Below the pieces are notes generated by a model, which was given only the letters and a program-made list of their open reading frames with translations, was not told where the DNA came from and did no database searches. DNA of 64,000 nt from Deltaproteobacteria bacterium (GTDB lineage: Bacteria > Bdellovibrionota > UBA1018 > UBA923), in the NCBI GenBank assembly GCA_016186905.1, contig JACPKS010000044.1:3456-67455 (forward strand), read 5' to 3'. The position numbers and the translations under genes were made by a program. Positions within the stretch are counted from its first letter, which is position 1, and the number at the start of each line of letters is the position of its first letter. Positions 46,482-56,706 of the stretch are shown here, piece after piece.

Positions 46482-47320
46482 CCGAACCCAAAACCGAACG
46501 CCTTCAAAAAGTGCTCGCGCGCGCGGGTATCGCCTCGCGCCGCAACGCCGAGATCCTGATCTTGGAAGGCGCGGTCACCGTCAACGGCCACACCGTCACC
46601 GAGCTCGGCACGAAGGTCGATCCGGCGAAAGACAAGATCAAAGTCCGCGGCAAGATGATCTACACCGAGATCGAACAGCTTTACGTCGCGTTTTACAAAC
46701 CTCGCGGGGTGATCTCAGCGCTCTCCGACCCCGAAGGCCGCGCGCACATCGGCGAATACCTCAAGGGTATTCCCGCGCGCGTGACGCCGATCGGGCGTCT
46801 TGATTTCAATTCGGAGGGGCTGATTCTTCTCACGAACGACGGCGAGCTTGCCGAGAGGATCTTCAAATCGCGCGACCTGCCCAAAACCTACATGATCAAG
46901 GTCAAAGGGCACCCCTCGCCCGAGGATCTCGGATTCTTAAAGAAGGGCTTCTTCACGCGCGAGGGCGTGCTGCGGTTTCTTTCTTACGGCGTGGACAAAG
47001 CGCTTCGAAGCAAATCATGGCTCAAACTTCAGGTCGCCGAAGGCTCGAAACTCGACATCCGCGAGCTCTTCAACCGCAAGGGCCTCATGGTCGACGGCAT
47101 CATCCGCTCGGGGATCGGCCACATCGGCCTCAAAGACATGGAGCCTGGAGAGTTTCGGTTTCTGACGAAGAAAGACTTCGAGCGGCTGGTTAGCCCGAAG
47201 CCCGCGCCGCAGGTGGCGCGGCGCCGGAATCGCGGAGTCGATGACCTGCGTCGCCCGGAAAAGCGCGCGGAGAAAGTTCCGCCAGTGCAGCCGCGCGCTC
47301 GACCATCCCGCGCAGACTGA
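46478..47320 (+). CDS. rluB: Pseudouridine synthase, RsuA/RluB family
   Basis: S4 domain (LQKVLARAGIASRR) and a PseudoU_synth_2 core. The basic C-terminal tail overlaps the convergent hemY. Confidence 0.75.
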   Translation: MTEPKTERLQKVLARAGIASRRNAEILILEGAVTVNGHTVTELGTKVDPAKDKIKVRGKMIYTEIEQLYVAFYKPRGVISALSDPEGRAHIGEYLKGIPARVTPIGRLDFNSEGLILLTNDGELAERIFKSRDLPKTYMIKVKGHPSPEDLGFLKKGFFTREGVLRFLSYGVDKALRSKSWLKLQVAEGSKLDIRELFNRKGLMVDGIIRSGIGHIGLKDMEPGEFRFLTKKDFERLVSPKPAPQVARRRNRGVDDLRRPEKRAEKVPPVQPRARPSRAD

Positions 47321-48596
47321 CCTCCCCCGTGTAATTTCCGAAGAGCACGCGCCCCGGCTTCAAGCAAAAACCGCGTGCAGCCGATTCCAATGCATGAGCG
47401 AGCCGTGCATCGTAGCGCGGGATCGCGCGTTCCACGCGATGGATGGCGATTTTCAGGTCATCCGCGCCCGGCCCTCCCCGAAAACCCAGCACCAGAGCGA
47501 GATCCGCAGCCACCCGCCGGCGAATCCCGGCGTCGGTTGCGTCGACCGCCCTTGGATCGGTGCTTCCGCCGTACATGAGTGTCAGCGATATCCAGCCCGG
47601 TGCCGCTCGCCCCTCGAAAGCACTCGAATTAAAAAGAATGCCGAGGCAATTTGCCTGTTCGCCGGGTGCTAATAACACGCCAACTCCGCAAGGAGTTGGC
47701 GAAATGTATTCTGAACGAACAAGCGCCGTGACAGAAATGAGGGCCGAGTATTCAATATTTTGAATAGCGGATGCAGTCTTCGGGTCAACCGCCGCCATCA
47801 GCCGCGCGGCCGCGGCGGCCGGCACGCAAAGCACGACGTTCCCTCCTTCAGGCAAACGCTCGAGCGCCTGCGAACACTTGAACGTGACTCGCGTGTTCGC
47901 GCGAAGCGATTTCTCGAGTGCGCGAACAAGCTCCCCCATCCCTCCGGCCGGAGCGGCCATGCGGGCACGGGGCGTCCGCGTGAAAATTCTCTTGAGGATG
48001 AGACTCGGCAGAATAAATCCCAGAAGCGAAAATCCTACGGGCACGCGGAGCCGTGGAAACGCCGCCGCAACGCAGAGGTCACTGGGTTCGGCGCCGTAAA
48101 TCCCGCGCGTAAACGGCGTCAGCAGATAGCGCGTGGCCGCCTTGCCCAGAAAATACGTTCCCCACTCTTCCAAGGTCACGCTTTCGCCGCGATGGCGTGA
48201 CAACGCGGGAAAAAAGGCCGCGTGAAAAAATGCACCAAGCGCTTCGAGCGGACGCAACGGAAAGCGCCGCATTTTTCCGTCGCGGAAAATGTAGCGCGCT
48301 CTTGATTTCGGATTGACGTCGAAAAGCGTGACTCCAAGCTCGGCGCACAATTTTTCGACGGCTGGAGTGGCGAGGAGCGAGTGCGCGGCGGTTTCGGTAA
48401 TACCGATCCACTTTCCATTACTGTCGGTGATTGCGCGGGTTTCTATCAATCCACCGGTTCGATCAGCTTGCTCGATTACGGTTATTTTAAATTCGCGCTC
48501 TTCGAGCGCGTGTATTGCATGCCCTGCAAGCAGTCCCGCGACGCCGGCTCCCACGACGGTCACTTCGCGTTGTGCTGGATCGATCCGTCCGATCAT
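47190..48596 (-). CDS. hemY: Protoporphyrinogen/coproporphyrinogen oxidase, FAD-dependent (HemY-like)
   Basis: GxGxxG dinucleotide-binding motif (VTVVGAGVAGL) and genomic context within the hem cluster. Confidence 0.6.
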   Translation of the reverse strand: MIGRIDPAQREVTVVGAGVAGLLAGHAIHALEEREFKITVIEQADRTGGLIETRAITDSNGKWIGITETAAHSLLATPAVEKLCAELGVTLFDVNPKSRARYIFRDGKMRRFPLRPLEALGAFFHAAFFPALSRHRGESVTLEEWGTYFLGKAATRYLLTPFTRGIYGAEPSDLCVAAAFPRLRVPVGFSLLGFILPSLILKRIFTRTPRARMAAPAGGMGELVRALEKSLRANTRVTFKCSQALERLPEGGNVVLCVPAAAAARLMAAVDPKTASAIQNIEYSALISVTALVRSEYISPTPCGVGVLLAPGEQANCLGILFNSSAFEGRAAPGWISLTLMYGGSTDPRAVDATDAGIRRRVAADLALVLGFRGGPGADDLKIAIHRVERAIPRYDARLAHALESAARGFCLKPGRVLFGNYTGEVSLRGMVERAAALAELSPRAFPGDAGHRLRDSGAAPPAARASG

Positions 48597-48602
48597 TTTC
48601 GC

Positions 48603-50078
48603 CTAGATCGTCTTGCTGAAGAGCTGCGTTTCGGGGGATTTGCGCGTAAGCCTGGCGTCGAAGGCCATGCAGACATTCCTTAAAAAAGCGCGTCCCTCGG
48701 GTCTCACGCGGCAAGAGCGACGCGAGAGCTCCAGCAGCCCGTCCCGCGAGAGTTCGGCCAGCCGCTCGCTCACGGTTTCAAGATAGGGAGTGTACGCCTC
48801 GTGCGCGGACCAATCGGTCTGAAAACGCGTCATGAGATTCAAAATGTGCCGGCGCAGAATGCGGTCTTCGCCGTCGAGAACGTGTCCGCGGCTCACCGGA
48901 AGCGCTCCGCGCTCCACGCGATCGACATAGGTTTCGAGCACTTTTTCGTTTTGCGCGAACGCGCCCCAGGAGTCGCCGATCGACGAAACGCCAAGACCGA
49001 TCAGCGGCGAAACCTGGCGCGAAGTGTAGCCCATGAAGTTCCGGTGGAGCGTGCCGTCGGTCGACGCGCGATGAAGCGAGTCGCTCTCCAGCGCGAAGTG
49101 GTCCATGCCGATCTCGCGATAACCGACTTCCTCGAGCATCGTGCGGCCCAGCTCGTAAAGCGCGCGCTTTTCGTCGCCGACCGGGAGGTCCGCTTCGGTA
49201 AATCTGCGCTGGCCGGGCTTGATCCACGGAACGTGCGCGTAAGCGTAAAACGCGATGCGGTCGGGACGCAGCCTGCGCACCGCATCGACCGTGTCGGAGA
49301 TGCTTTTCGGCGTTTGAAGCGGAAGCCCGTAGATCAGGTCGAAGTTAATGCTCGTAAAACCCTCAGCGCGCGCGGGTTCGATCACGGCCCGAACCTGTTC
49401 CTCGCTTTGCACGCGATGAACGATTTCCTGCACGCGCGGATCGAAGTCTTGAATGCCCAGGCTCAAACGGCGAAAACCCAGCTCCGCGAGCGTTTTCAGC
49501 TGCTCACGCGTCGTCAGACGCGGATCGGCTTCAACCGAAAATTCCGCGCCCGCGCTCACGCCCGCTCTTTCAAGAATTCCGCCGACGAGGCGCCTGAACT
49601 CGTCGGGAGAAAGAAACGTCGGCGAGCCTCCGCCCAGGTGAAGCTCGGTGAGCGTCACCTCTTTGGCGCGCCCGCTTTCCGCCGAAAGGCGATCCAGGTA
49701 AATGCCCCACTCCTTTAAAACGGTTCCGATGTACGGATCGCCGGCCTTGCGATTGCGCGTGATGCGCGTGTTGCAGCCGCAGTAGGTGCAAAGACTTTGG
49801 CAAAAGGGAATGTGAACGTACAAAGCCGCGCCCACGCCGCCGCGCGAGCCCGCGTCGAGCGCCTCGCCGATCGAGCGCACCCAGTCGGTCTCGCCGGGCG
49901 TCACCGCCCAATACGGCACCGTGGGATAGCTCGTGTAGCGCGGTCCCGGAACGTTGTATTTTTTGAGAAGCGCGGTATCCGGTCTCACGTGAACACCTCG
50001 CGCTGCAGCTTTAAGAAAAGCTTTACGTTTTCCTCCGGAGTGCCGGGAAGGACTCCATGACCAAGGCCACAGATCCAC
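48603..50078 (-). CDS. hemN: Oxygen-independent coproporphyrinogen III oxidase (radical SAM)
   Basis: CQSLCTYCGC radical-SAM motif and N-terminal YNVPGPRYTSYPT. The true start may be the GTG near 49987. Confidence 0.85.
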   Translation of the reverse strand: MDLWPWSWSPSRHSGGKRKAFLKAAARGVHVRPDTALLKKYNVPGPRYTSYPTVPYWAVTPGETDWVRSIGEALDAGSRGGVGAALYVHIPFCQSLCTYCGCNTRITRNRKAGDPYIGTVLKEWGIYLDRLSAESGRAKEVTLTELHLGGGSPTFLSPDEFRRLVGGILERAGVSAGAEFSVEADPRLTTREQLKTLAELGFRRLSLGIQDFDPRVQEIVHRVQSEEQVRAVIEPARAEGFTSINFDLIYGLPLQTPKSISDTVDAVRRLRPDRIAFYAYAHVPWIKPGQRRFTEADLPVGDEKRALYELGRTMLEEVGYREIGMDHFALESDSLHRASTDGTLHRNFMGYTSRQVSPLIGLGVSSIGDSWGAFAQNEKVLETYVDRVERGALPVSRGHVLDGEDRILRRHILNLMTRFQTDWSAHEAYTPYLETVSERLAELSRDGLLELSRRSCRVRPEGRAFLRNVCMAFDARLTRKSPETQLFSKTI

Positions 50079-51133
50079 CCTTTGCGCGCCTGCTGCGGTA
50101 GACGTAAAATACCGGTAAAAACATTACGTAGGCGCGTGTGCAGTTCGCGCGCGTCGAGGAAGAGCCACTCCGGATCGACATTGCCTTGAATCGCGAAGCG
50201 GCCTCCGAACTCGGTCAGCACGTCCGCGAGCTTGTGATTCCAATCGATGCCGATCCCTTCGATCGGAAGGTCGGCGAGCATCGACCAATGCGCGGGGCCC
50301 GTCCCCTTCGAGTAATACACCAGCGGCACGCCCGGACAGCGGCTGCGAAACTCCGCAAGCACCGCTTTAAGCGCCGGCAGCGCGTAATCGCGAAACGCTT
50401 CAACGCCAAACTCGCCCGCGCAGGTATCGAGCACCGCTACCGTATCGACACCCGCCTCGGCTTGAAGAGCCATGTTCGCGGCAAGAAGCCCGGTGAGCTT
50501 CGTGCAGAAACCCTTGAAACGCCCGTCGCGAAAACCCGCCCGCGCGGAGGCAAGCTTTCCATGGTGCGAGCCTTCGACGGCGTAGCTGTACAGGGTCAAC
50601 GGTCCGCCGACGAAACCGAGCAAGCCTTTCGACGAATCCAGGCGCTCCCGGATCAGCCGTATCGCCTGGCCCTGAAAATCCAGATCCTTCGCGAGTGCCG
50701 CGCCAAAGCCTAGCTTTTTCAGCGCGCTTGGCGCGTCGAGGTGCCAGTCGAGCTTCGGTCCGGGCTCGTAGCGCAGTCCCATTCCCATTGCCTCGAGAGG
50801 AAAAAGAAGATCCGAAAACAAGATGGCCGCGTCAAACCCGAAATCCTCGACCGGGCCCATCGTCGCCTCGCAAGCGATCTCAGGTCTCTTGCAAAGGTCC
50901 ATGAACGAATGCCGCGCGCGAAGTTTTTGATAGTGAGAATGATAGCGGCCCGCCTGGCGCATGAACCAGACCGGCGGGCGGCCGGCGTTGCGACGCGAAA
51001 GCGCGTCCCGAAAAAGATTCGCTCCGCTAGCGCTCCGCAGGCCGTCCTGGCTCGCTCCGCTAGCGCTCCGCAGGCCGTCCTGGCTCGCTCCGCTGCTCGC
51101 TCCGCTAGCGCTGTTCAGACCGTTCTGGCTCAT
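49985..51133 (-). CDS. hemE: Uroporphyrinogen decarboxylase
   Basis: PVWFMRQAGRY... URO-D signature. The N-terminal extension carries a 33-bp tandem repeat. Confidence 0.85.
   Translation of the reverse strand: MSQNGLNSASGASSGASQDGLRSASGASQDGLRSASGANLFRDALSRRNAGRPPVWFMRQAGRYHSHYQKLRARHSFMDLCKRPEIACEATMGPVEDFGFDAAILFSDLLFPLEAMGMGLRYEPGPKLDWHLDAPSALKKLGFGAALAKDLDFQGQAIRLIRERLDSSKGLLGFVGGPLTLYSYAVEGSHHGKLASARAGFRDGRFKGFCTKLTGLLAANMALQAEAGVDTVAVLDTCAGEFGVEAFRDYALPALKAVLAEFRSRCPGVPLVYYSKGTGPAHWSMLADLPIEGIGIDWNHKLADVLTEFGGRFAIQGNVDPEWLFLDARELHTRLRNVFTGILRLPQQARKGWICGLGHGVLPGTPEENVKLFLKLQREVFT
51021..51120. repeat. 33-bp tandem repeat (two perfect copies plus a partial) at the hemE 5' end
   Basis: gctccgctagcgctccgcaggccgtcctggctc occurs twice, encoding SASGASQDGLR twice in the hemE frame. 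Confidence 0.6.
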
Positions 51134-51858
51134 TTTGCGCCCTCCGCGTCCACCACGAGCTGATAGCCCACGCCACGAATACTGCGGATCACCTGCGGAT
51201 TTTCCACGTCGTACTCGACGATCCGGCGAAGTCTCAGAATGAAATTATCGACCGTGCGCGGGCTCGGAAAATCATCGTCCGACCAGACCTTATCCAGAAT
51301 TTCGTCGCGGCTCACGGCCACGCCCCTTTTCTCATACAGAAGTTTCAGGAGCGCGCATTCTTTGTGGGTCAACGGTTGCATCTCGGTCTTGCCCGCCTGC
51401 CGCACCTCCGCCGCGAAACTCGCGAAGCGCACGGTCGCGCGACCGATCCGCACCGCGCGCTTCGCTGCGGGACCGCTCGAGAGATCTTTCATGCGACGAA
51501 GGATGTTTCGAATCCTCAATAAAAGTTCCTTCACGTGAAAAGGTTTGGTGACATAATCTTCGGCGCCCAGCTCGAGCCCTCGGATGCGGTCTTCGGGGTC
51601 TCCATGGGCGGTGAGAAAAACCGCGGCCGTCGCGGGGCTGCGCTTGCGAAGCACGGCCGCGAGCGCGAACCCCGAACCGTCGGGAAGCCCCACGTCGAGC
51701 AATGCCATGTCGAACGCGCGCGCGGCGATCGCAGCCTCCGCTTCTTTCACCGAGCAAACCCAGGTCACATCGAAGCCCTCTTGTTTGAGACGCTCGTAAA
51801 GCGTTGAGCCGACGTTCCTTTCGTCTTCGACGACGAGGATCGATTCCGCTTCAGACAT
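51130..51858 (-). CDS. OmpR-family response regulator
   Basis: Receiver domain (ILVVEDE...D...K) and a winged-helix C-terminus. Confidence 0.8.
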   Translation of the reverse strand: MSEAESILVVEDERNVGSTLYERLKQEGFDVTWVCSVKEAEAAIAARAFDMALLDVGLPDGSGFALAAVLRKRSPATAAVFLTAHGDPEDRIRGLELGAEDYVTKPFHVKELLLRIRNILRRMKDLSSGPAAKRAVRIGRATVRFASFAAEVRQAGKTEMQPLTHKECALLKLLYEKRGVAVSRDEILDKVWSDDDFPSPRTVDNFILRLRRIVEYDVENPQVIRSIRGVGYQLVVDAEGAK

Positions 51859-52834
51859 GCTCAACGGCCTCCTGCAGTCTGAGCCGCGCTTCAAACCCCG
51901 CAAGCGTCTTGCCGTCGTTTTTCGCATTTCCGAAGCTCACCGCCCCGTTCATGCGCTCCACGAGAACTTTCACCAGGTAAAGCCCGACACCGGCGCCCTG
52001 AGAGGCCGGCCCTTTCGCGAACAGGGTTCCAAGCCTCACGTCGGTTCCGGTAAAGCCGTTTCCGTTATCGCGGAAAAAAAGCTCCACCGAGCCCGGCGCG
52101 CGCCGGGCCGTGATCGTCACCACGAGATTCTCGCGCCCGGAGTGACGGAAGGCGTTTTCGACGAGGTTGCGAAAAACAATCTGAAGCGCCACCGGATCCG
52201 CCTCGATGGCCACGTCTTCAGGCACATCTTCAAGCTGCACGCGAAGCTCGAGGCGGCGCGCATACGTCTCGGCCCAGCTCCTCGCGATGCGCTCGATCCA
52301 CGGCTTCAAACGAAGCGGCTGCGTGAAGACCGGCCCTCCGCCCTCGACGCGCGCGAGCTCGAGCGTCTTGTCGACCTGAGATTCAAGCCGCGAGGTGTCC
52401 TCGAGAAGCCGCGCGATGAGCGGTTTGGGATCGGACGCGCTCTCGGCGATCGATTCGGCCTGCAGGCGGATGCTGGTAAGCGGGGTCCTGAGCTCATGCG
52501 TGAATGCCGCGAAAAAAGAACGCATCGCTCGGGTGCGCTTGAGGTCGCGATAATATACCCACGAAAGAAACGCGGTACTTCCCACAAGCAGCAGCACGTA
52601 TACCGAAAATTCCCAGTACAGCATCCGTTGCGTGCGCAGAAAATGCATCGTGCTCAGCTCGCGCGAAACTCCAAGCGCGCCCTCAAGCTCGGCGATGCGT
52701 TTTCCCTGTCGCAGAAGCAGACTGCCCCACCAGACGCCGAGCACGCACACCAGGAGCTGCCAGAGGGCCAGGATCACCGTAGCCGCCCGCAAGCGGCGCC
52801 TTAGAAATGTGGTGATGGTGCCGTTTCCCGTCAT
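51851..52834 (-). CDS. Sensor histidine kinase
   Basis: Two TM helices, H-box HELRTPLTSI and an HATPase_c region. Confidence 0.75.
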   Translation of the reverse strand: MTGNGTITTFLRRRLRAATVILALWQLLVCVLGVWWGSLLLRQGKRIAELEGALGVSRELSTMHFLRTQRMLYWEFSVYVLLLVGSTAFLSWVYYRDLKRTRAMRSFFAAFTHELRTPLTSIRLQAESIAESASDPKPLIARLLEDTSRLESQVDKTLELARVEGGGPVFTQPLRLKPWIERIARSWAETYARRLELRVQLEDVPEDVAIEADPVALQIVFRNLVENAFRHSGRENLVVTITARRAPGSVELFFRDNGNGFTGTDVRLGTLFAKGPASQGAGVGLYLVKVLVERMNGAVSFGNAKNDGKTLAGFEARLRLQEAVEHV

Positions 52835-54129
52835 GCGCCGAGCGCCCCCTTGAAGGCCGAAAGAAACGCGTCAAGATGCCGGCGCTCGTGCGCGGCCGAA
52901 AGAAACGAAACCTCGTATCCGCTGGGCGCGAGATAAATTCCGTGCCCTAGCATCCGGTGAAACGATTTCGCGTAAACCTCTTTTTGCGTGGAGGGGATTT
53001 CAGAAACCGCGCGCACAACACCGTCATCGGTTTTCACGTCGCCCATCACGGCCCAAAACATCGAGGAGAATCGCTGGACCTTCACGCGCGCGCCCGCGTG
53101 CGCCGCGATTTTTTCCATTTCTGAAGCGAGCCCTTCAGTGGCGTTTTCGAGCGCGTTGTAAAAGTTTCCGTGCTTTAGTTTCTTGAGCATCGCCAGCCCC
53201 GCCGCCATCGCGACCGGATTGGCTGAAAGCGTGCCCGCCTGGTAAACGGGCCCCATCGGCGCGATCCGGTCCATCAAGTCGGCGCGTCCGCCGTAGGCGC
53301 CGACCGGAAATCCGCCGCCGATCACCTTTCCGTAGGTCACGAGATCCGGCGTGATCCCGGCGCGCGCCGCCATCCCGCCGAAGGCCACGCGAAAACCCGT
53401 AATCACCTCGTCGAGGATCAGCAACGCGCCGCTTGCGCGCGCAGCCGAAGCAACGCCTTTCAAAAATTCCTCGGTCTGCGGAAGAAGCCCGTTGTTGGCC
53501 GGAACGGGTTCGACGATGACCGCGGCGATCTCGCGCCCGTGGCGCTCAAAGATCGCTTTGACGGCAGGGAGATCGCGTAAAGGAGCCACGAGCGTGTCGG
53601 CGGCGGTGGACGCGGTAACGCCTGCGCTGTCGGGTACCGGCATCTCGGCAAGGCCCGAGCCCGCGCGCACGAGCATCGAATCGGCGTGCCCGTGATAGCA
53701 GCCTTCGAATTTCAGGATTTTATTCCGTCCCGTCGCCGCGCGCGCGAGCCGAAGCGCCGACATCACGGCCTCCGTGCCTGAATTCACGAAGCGGATTTTT
53801 TCCACCCACGGGATTTCCCGCGTGATCAGCTCGGCGAGCTCCAGCGAATACGGCTCGGCCGTTCCGTAAGACCAGCCGCGCCCGATGGCCGCATGCACGG
53901 CCGCCGCCACGTCTTCGTCTTGATGGCCGAAAAGAAGCGGTCCCCACGACATGCAGAAATCGACGTAACGGTTGCCGTCAACGTCCTCGAGCTCCGCGCC
54001 CTTGGCCGAGCGGATGAAGCGCGGAACGCCGCCCACGCCGCGAAACGCACGCACTGGTGAATGCACTCCGCCAGGACTCACGCGCCGGGCGCGATCGAAA
54101 AGCGTTTCGGATTCGTGCGTCTTAAACAT
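52831..54129 (-). CDS. hemL: Glutamate-1-semialdehyde 2,1-aminomutase
   Basis: Class III aminotransferase with the PLP lysine region; the N-terminus is typical of HemL. Confidence 0.9.
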   Translation of the reverse strand: MFKTHESETLFDRARRVSPGGVHSPVRAFRGVGGVPRFIRSAKGAELEDVDGNRYVDFCMSWGPLLFGHQDEDVAAAVHAAIGRGWSYGTAEPYSLELAELITREIPWVEKIRFVNSGTEAVMSALRLARAATGRNKILKFEGCYHGHADSMLVRAGSGLAEMPVPDSAGVTASTAADTLVAPLRDLPAVKAIFERHGREIAAVIVEPVPANNGLLPQTEEFLKGVASAARASGALLILDEVITGFRVAFGGMAARAGITPDLVTYGKVIGGGFPVGAYGGRADLMDRIAPMGPVYQAGTLSANPVAMAAGLAMLKKLKHGNFYNALENATEGLASEMEKIAAHAGARVKVQRFSSMFWAVMGDVKTDDGVVRAVSEIPSTQKEVYAKSFHRMLGHGIYLAPSGYEVSFLSAAHERRHLDAFLSAFKGALGA

Positions 54130-55141
54130 TTGAGAGCCACTCCCGCGCATACCGCGCTCCGTACGTAATGATCATCGACGCGCCCGCGCGCGCGAACGCC
54201 GTCCAGGCCTCGACGTGCGCGGCCGGGCCGTCCATCAGCCCTTCGCGCGCCATCAGTTCCACCGCCGCGAACTCGCCGCTCACTTCGTAAACGGCCCAGG
54301 GTTTCGCGATCTCGCTCGAAAGCCGCGCGAGAACGTCTAAGTACGGAAGGCCGGGCTTCACCATCAGAATATCAGCGCCCTCTTCGGCGTCGCGGAGCGA
54401 ACTCGCGAGAGCGTCGCGGGCATTTCCCGGATCGATCTGATAGGTCGCGCGATCTTTAAGGCGCGTGCCGCCCTTCGGAGCCGAATCGGCGGCCACGCGA
54501 AACGGGCCGTAAAACTTCGAGTGAAACTTGGCCGAGTAGCTCATGATGAGCGTACGCTCGAGGCCCGCTGCATCCAGACCCTCGCGGATCGCGCCCACGC
54601 GCCCGTCCATCATGTCGCTCGGCGCCACGCAATCGGCGCCCGCCTGAGCGAACAATGTCGCGGCCTTGGCAAGCTCGGCGACCGTCGCGGAGTTTTCGAC
54701 GTGATCGCCCTCCGGATTCATGACGCCGCAGTGGCCGTGCGTCGTGGATGAACACAGACACACGTCGACCGCGACAAAAAGATCTTTTCCGAAATTCTTC
54801 TTCAAGGATGCGATCTGGGCTGACGTAAAGCCGGCGCTGAAATCCCGCTCCCGCTTGGCTGCCGGAACGCCGAAAAGCAGAATCTTGCGAACACCGCCTT
54901 CGAGATCCTTTTCAACCTGACGAACGAGCGTATCGCCGGTCTCGCGATGCACGCCGGTCAGACCCGGAATCGTCTCGCGCCCGCGCAAGCCTTCGACCAC
55001 GAAATGCGGCTGAATCAGCTGCTCGGCCGACACGCGATGTTGTCGCGCGAGATCGCGCACGAGAGGGCTCTGCCTTAAGCGTCTGAGACTCATGCGGTGA
55101 TTCCTTTTGAAACTCATTTGGCCTCCAGCCATGTTCTCCAC
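54122..55141 (-). CDS. hemB: Porphobilinogen synthase (ALA dehydratase)
   Basis: Conserved active-site lysines and metal-binding region. The probable start is MSLRRLRQSP near 55093. Confidence 0.9.
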   Translation of the reverse strand: MENMAGGQMSFKRNHRMSLRRLRQSPLVRDLARQHRVSAEQLIQPHFVVEGLRGRETIPGLTGVHRETGDTLVRQVEKDLEGGVRKILLFGVPAAKRERDFSAGFTSAQIASLKKNFGKDLFVAVDVCLCSSTTHGHCGVMNPEGDHVENSATVAELAKAATLFAQAGADCVAPSDMMDGRVGAIREGLDAAGLERTLIMSYSAKFHSKFYGPFRVAADSAPKGGTRLKDRATYQIDPGNARDALASSLRDAEEGADILMVKPGLPYLDVLARLSSEIAKPWAVYEVSGEFAAVELMAREGLMDGPAAHVEAWTAFARAGASMIITYGARYAREWLSNV

Positions 55142-56706
55142 TCCTTCACCGAAGGAAACGCCTTCACCGCGACTCCGGCGCGGCTTAACGCCTCAAGCGT
55201 CTTCCCCGCGGGGCAGGCTTGGTGGATTTTTTCTCCTGCATGCTTTTTTAGCGCATGATACTGCGATGCGCTCGACCAAAATACATGGGTTGCGGCCTTG
55301 AGTTTTTCGATGTCCTGGGGCGCGTAAAGGGCCTCGTCGGCCGCCGCATAAGTGGCGAGCGCCCGGGTGCCTGCCACCCCCTTCCAGCCCGCCAGCGCGC
55401 ACTCATGGGTAAGAACGAGAATGGGCTTGGGCAGACCCAAAACCGGCTCGGCCAGAAGCGGTTTTAATCCAGCAAATCCGGTCTCTTCGGCGCATCCTTC
55501 GACCCATATCCCGCGCCTTGCCAGGCGCTTCCAGCTTGCGGGGCCGGAGGTCCATACGCGGGAATCGTCTAAGGTTCCCGCGTCATCGGGAAGGGCGCGG
55601 GAGTGGGATAAAAACACAGTGTTTCCGGACAGGTCGGGAAGGCTAGATAATACGTCCCTTCTCGGAATTGTACTATTCGCTCGCTCGCGCTCGCGTGTAC
55701 TTCGCTTACGCTCGCGTACTCCATCCCACCCGCGCACGGCGCCTGCCGGCGGAACCGGCGAATCCCAGCGCACCTCTTCAACGAACAGCCCTTCGGGCCG
55801 GAAACCGCGCACGTAGAGCATGCGCCCGAGCTCGGGATGGTGCGCGGACGCGGCGCCGAAGCGTTGATGGCAGCCGCCGCCCCATTCGCGAAGAACCGCC
55901 CGCTCGCAGTCGACCTGGTCGAATGAAAGCTCGTGATGCAAAGCCTTCAGCGCCGCGCGCGTGCGGAGGTCTTGCGCGCGGCACTCGACGGCAAGCGCGC
56001 CCTGGGCGGGAGCCGCGGGGCTTTCGCGCAGCGGAAAAATCATGAAGCGCGTGCAGCGCAGAAGCGCCGCAAGCTCCTCGCGGGCCGCTTCGTTGGCGTG
56101 AAGACGGATGAGCCCGGCAAGGGCCAGCACAACACCGTCGAGCTGCCGCGCCGACGCCGCGGGCTCGCGCAGACGGGAAAGGCGCGTGTTCACGTTTCCG
56201 CGCATCTCGACAAGCTCGATTTTCGGCTCTCGCTCAGGGTCAGCCGCCGAGCGCGGAAGAGCCTGCAGCAAAAAGTCTTTGGCGTTCACGAGCCGCCGCG
56301 GGGACGACGTGCCGATGCGAACCGTCTCGTCTCTGTTTTTTCCGCCGTTTTTTCCGGCGGGAAGTTTTTCCGCGAAATCCGGCGCCGCGATGAGCACGTC
56401 GCGTGGATCGGCGCGCACCGGAACCGCGGCAAGTGTCAGCCACTCCGGACGATCGAGGCTCAGGTCCTTCATGGAGTGCACGGTAAAGTCGACGCGGCCC
56501 GATTTCAGGGCCTCATCGAGCTCCGCGACGAAGAAATCTTTTCCTTCAACACTTTGAAGCGGAACGTCCTGAATCCGGTCGCCGCGGGTTTCGATGCCGA
56601 CGAGCTCGACCTCAAACCCCGGATTGAGACGCTCAACCTCGCGGGCGACCCACGAGCTCTGCGACCATGCGAGCAACGAACGGCGGGTGCCCAATTTTAA
56701 TTTCAT
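55114..56706 (-). CDS. hemC: Fused hydroxymethylbilane synthase / uroporphyrinogen-III synthase
   Basis: N-terminal HemC (RGDRIQDVPL, VHSMKDL) and a ~250-aa C-terminal HemD-like domain. Confidence 0.75.
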   Translation of the reverse strand: MKLKLGTRRSLLAWSQSSWVAREVERLNPGFEVELVGIETRGDRIQDVPLQSVEGKDFFVAELDEALKSGRVDFTVHSMKDLSLDRPEWLTLAAVPVRADPRDVLIAAPDFAEKLPAGKNGGKNRDETVRIGTSSPRRLVNAKDFLLQALPRSAADPEREPKIELVEMRGNVNTRLSRLREPAASARQLDGVVLALAGLIRLHANEAAREELAALLRCTRFMIFPLRESPAAPAQGALAVECRAQDLRTRAALKALHHELSFDQVDCERAVLREWGGGCHQRFGAASAHHPELGRMLYVRGFRPEGLFVEEVRWDSPVPPAGAVRGWDGVRERKRSTRERERANSTIPRRDVLSSLPDLSGNTVFLSHSRALPDDAGTLDDSRVWTSGPASWKRLARRGIWVEGCAEETGFAGLKPLLAEPVLGLPKPILVLTHECALAGWKGVAGTRALATYAAADEALYAPQDIEKLKAATHVFWSSASQYHALKKHAGEKIHQACPAGKTLEALSRAGVAVKAFPSVKEWRTWLEAK

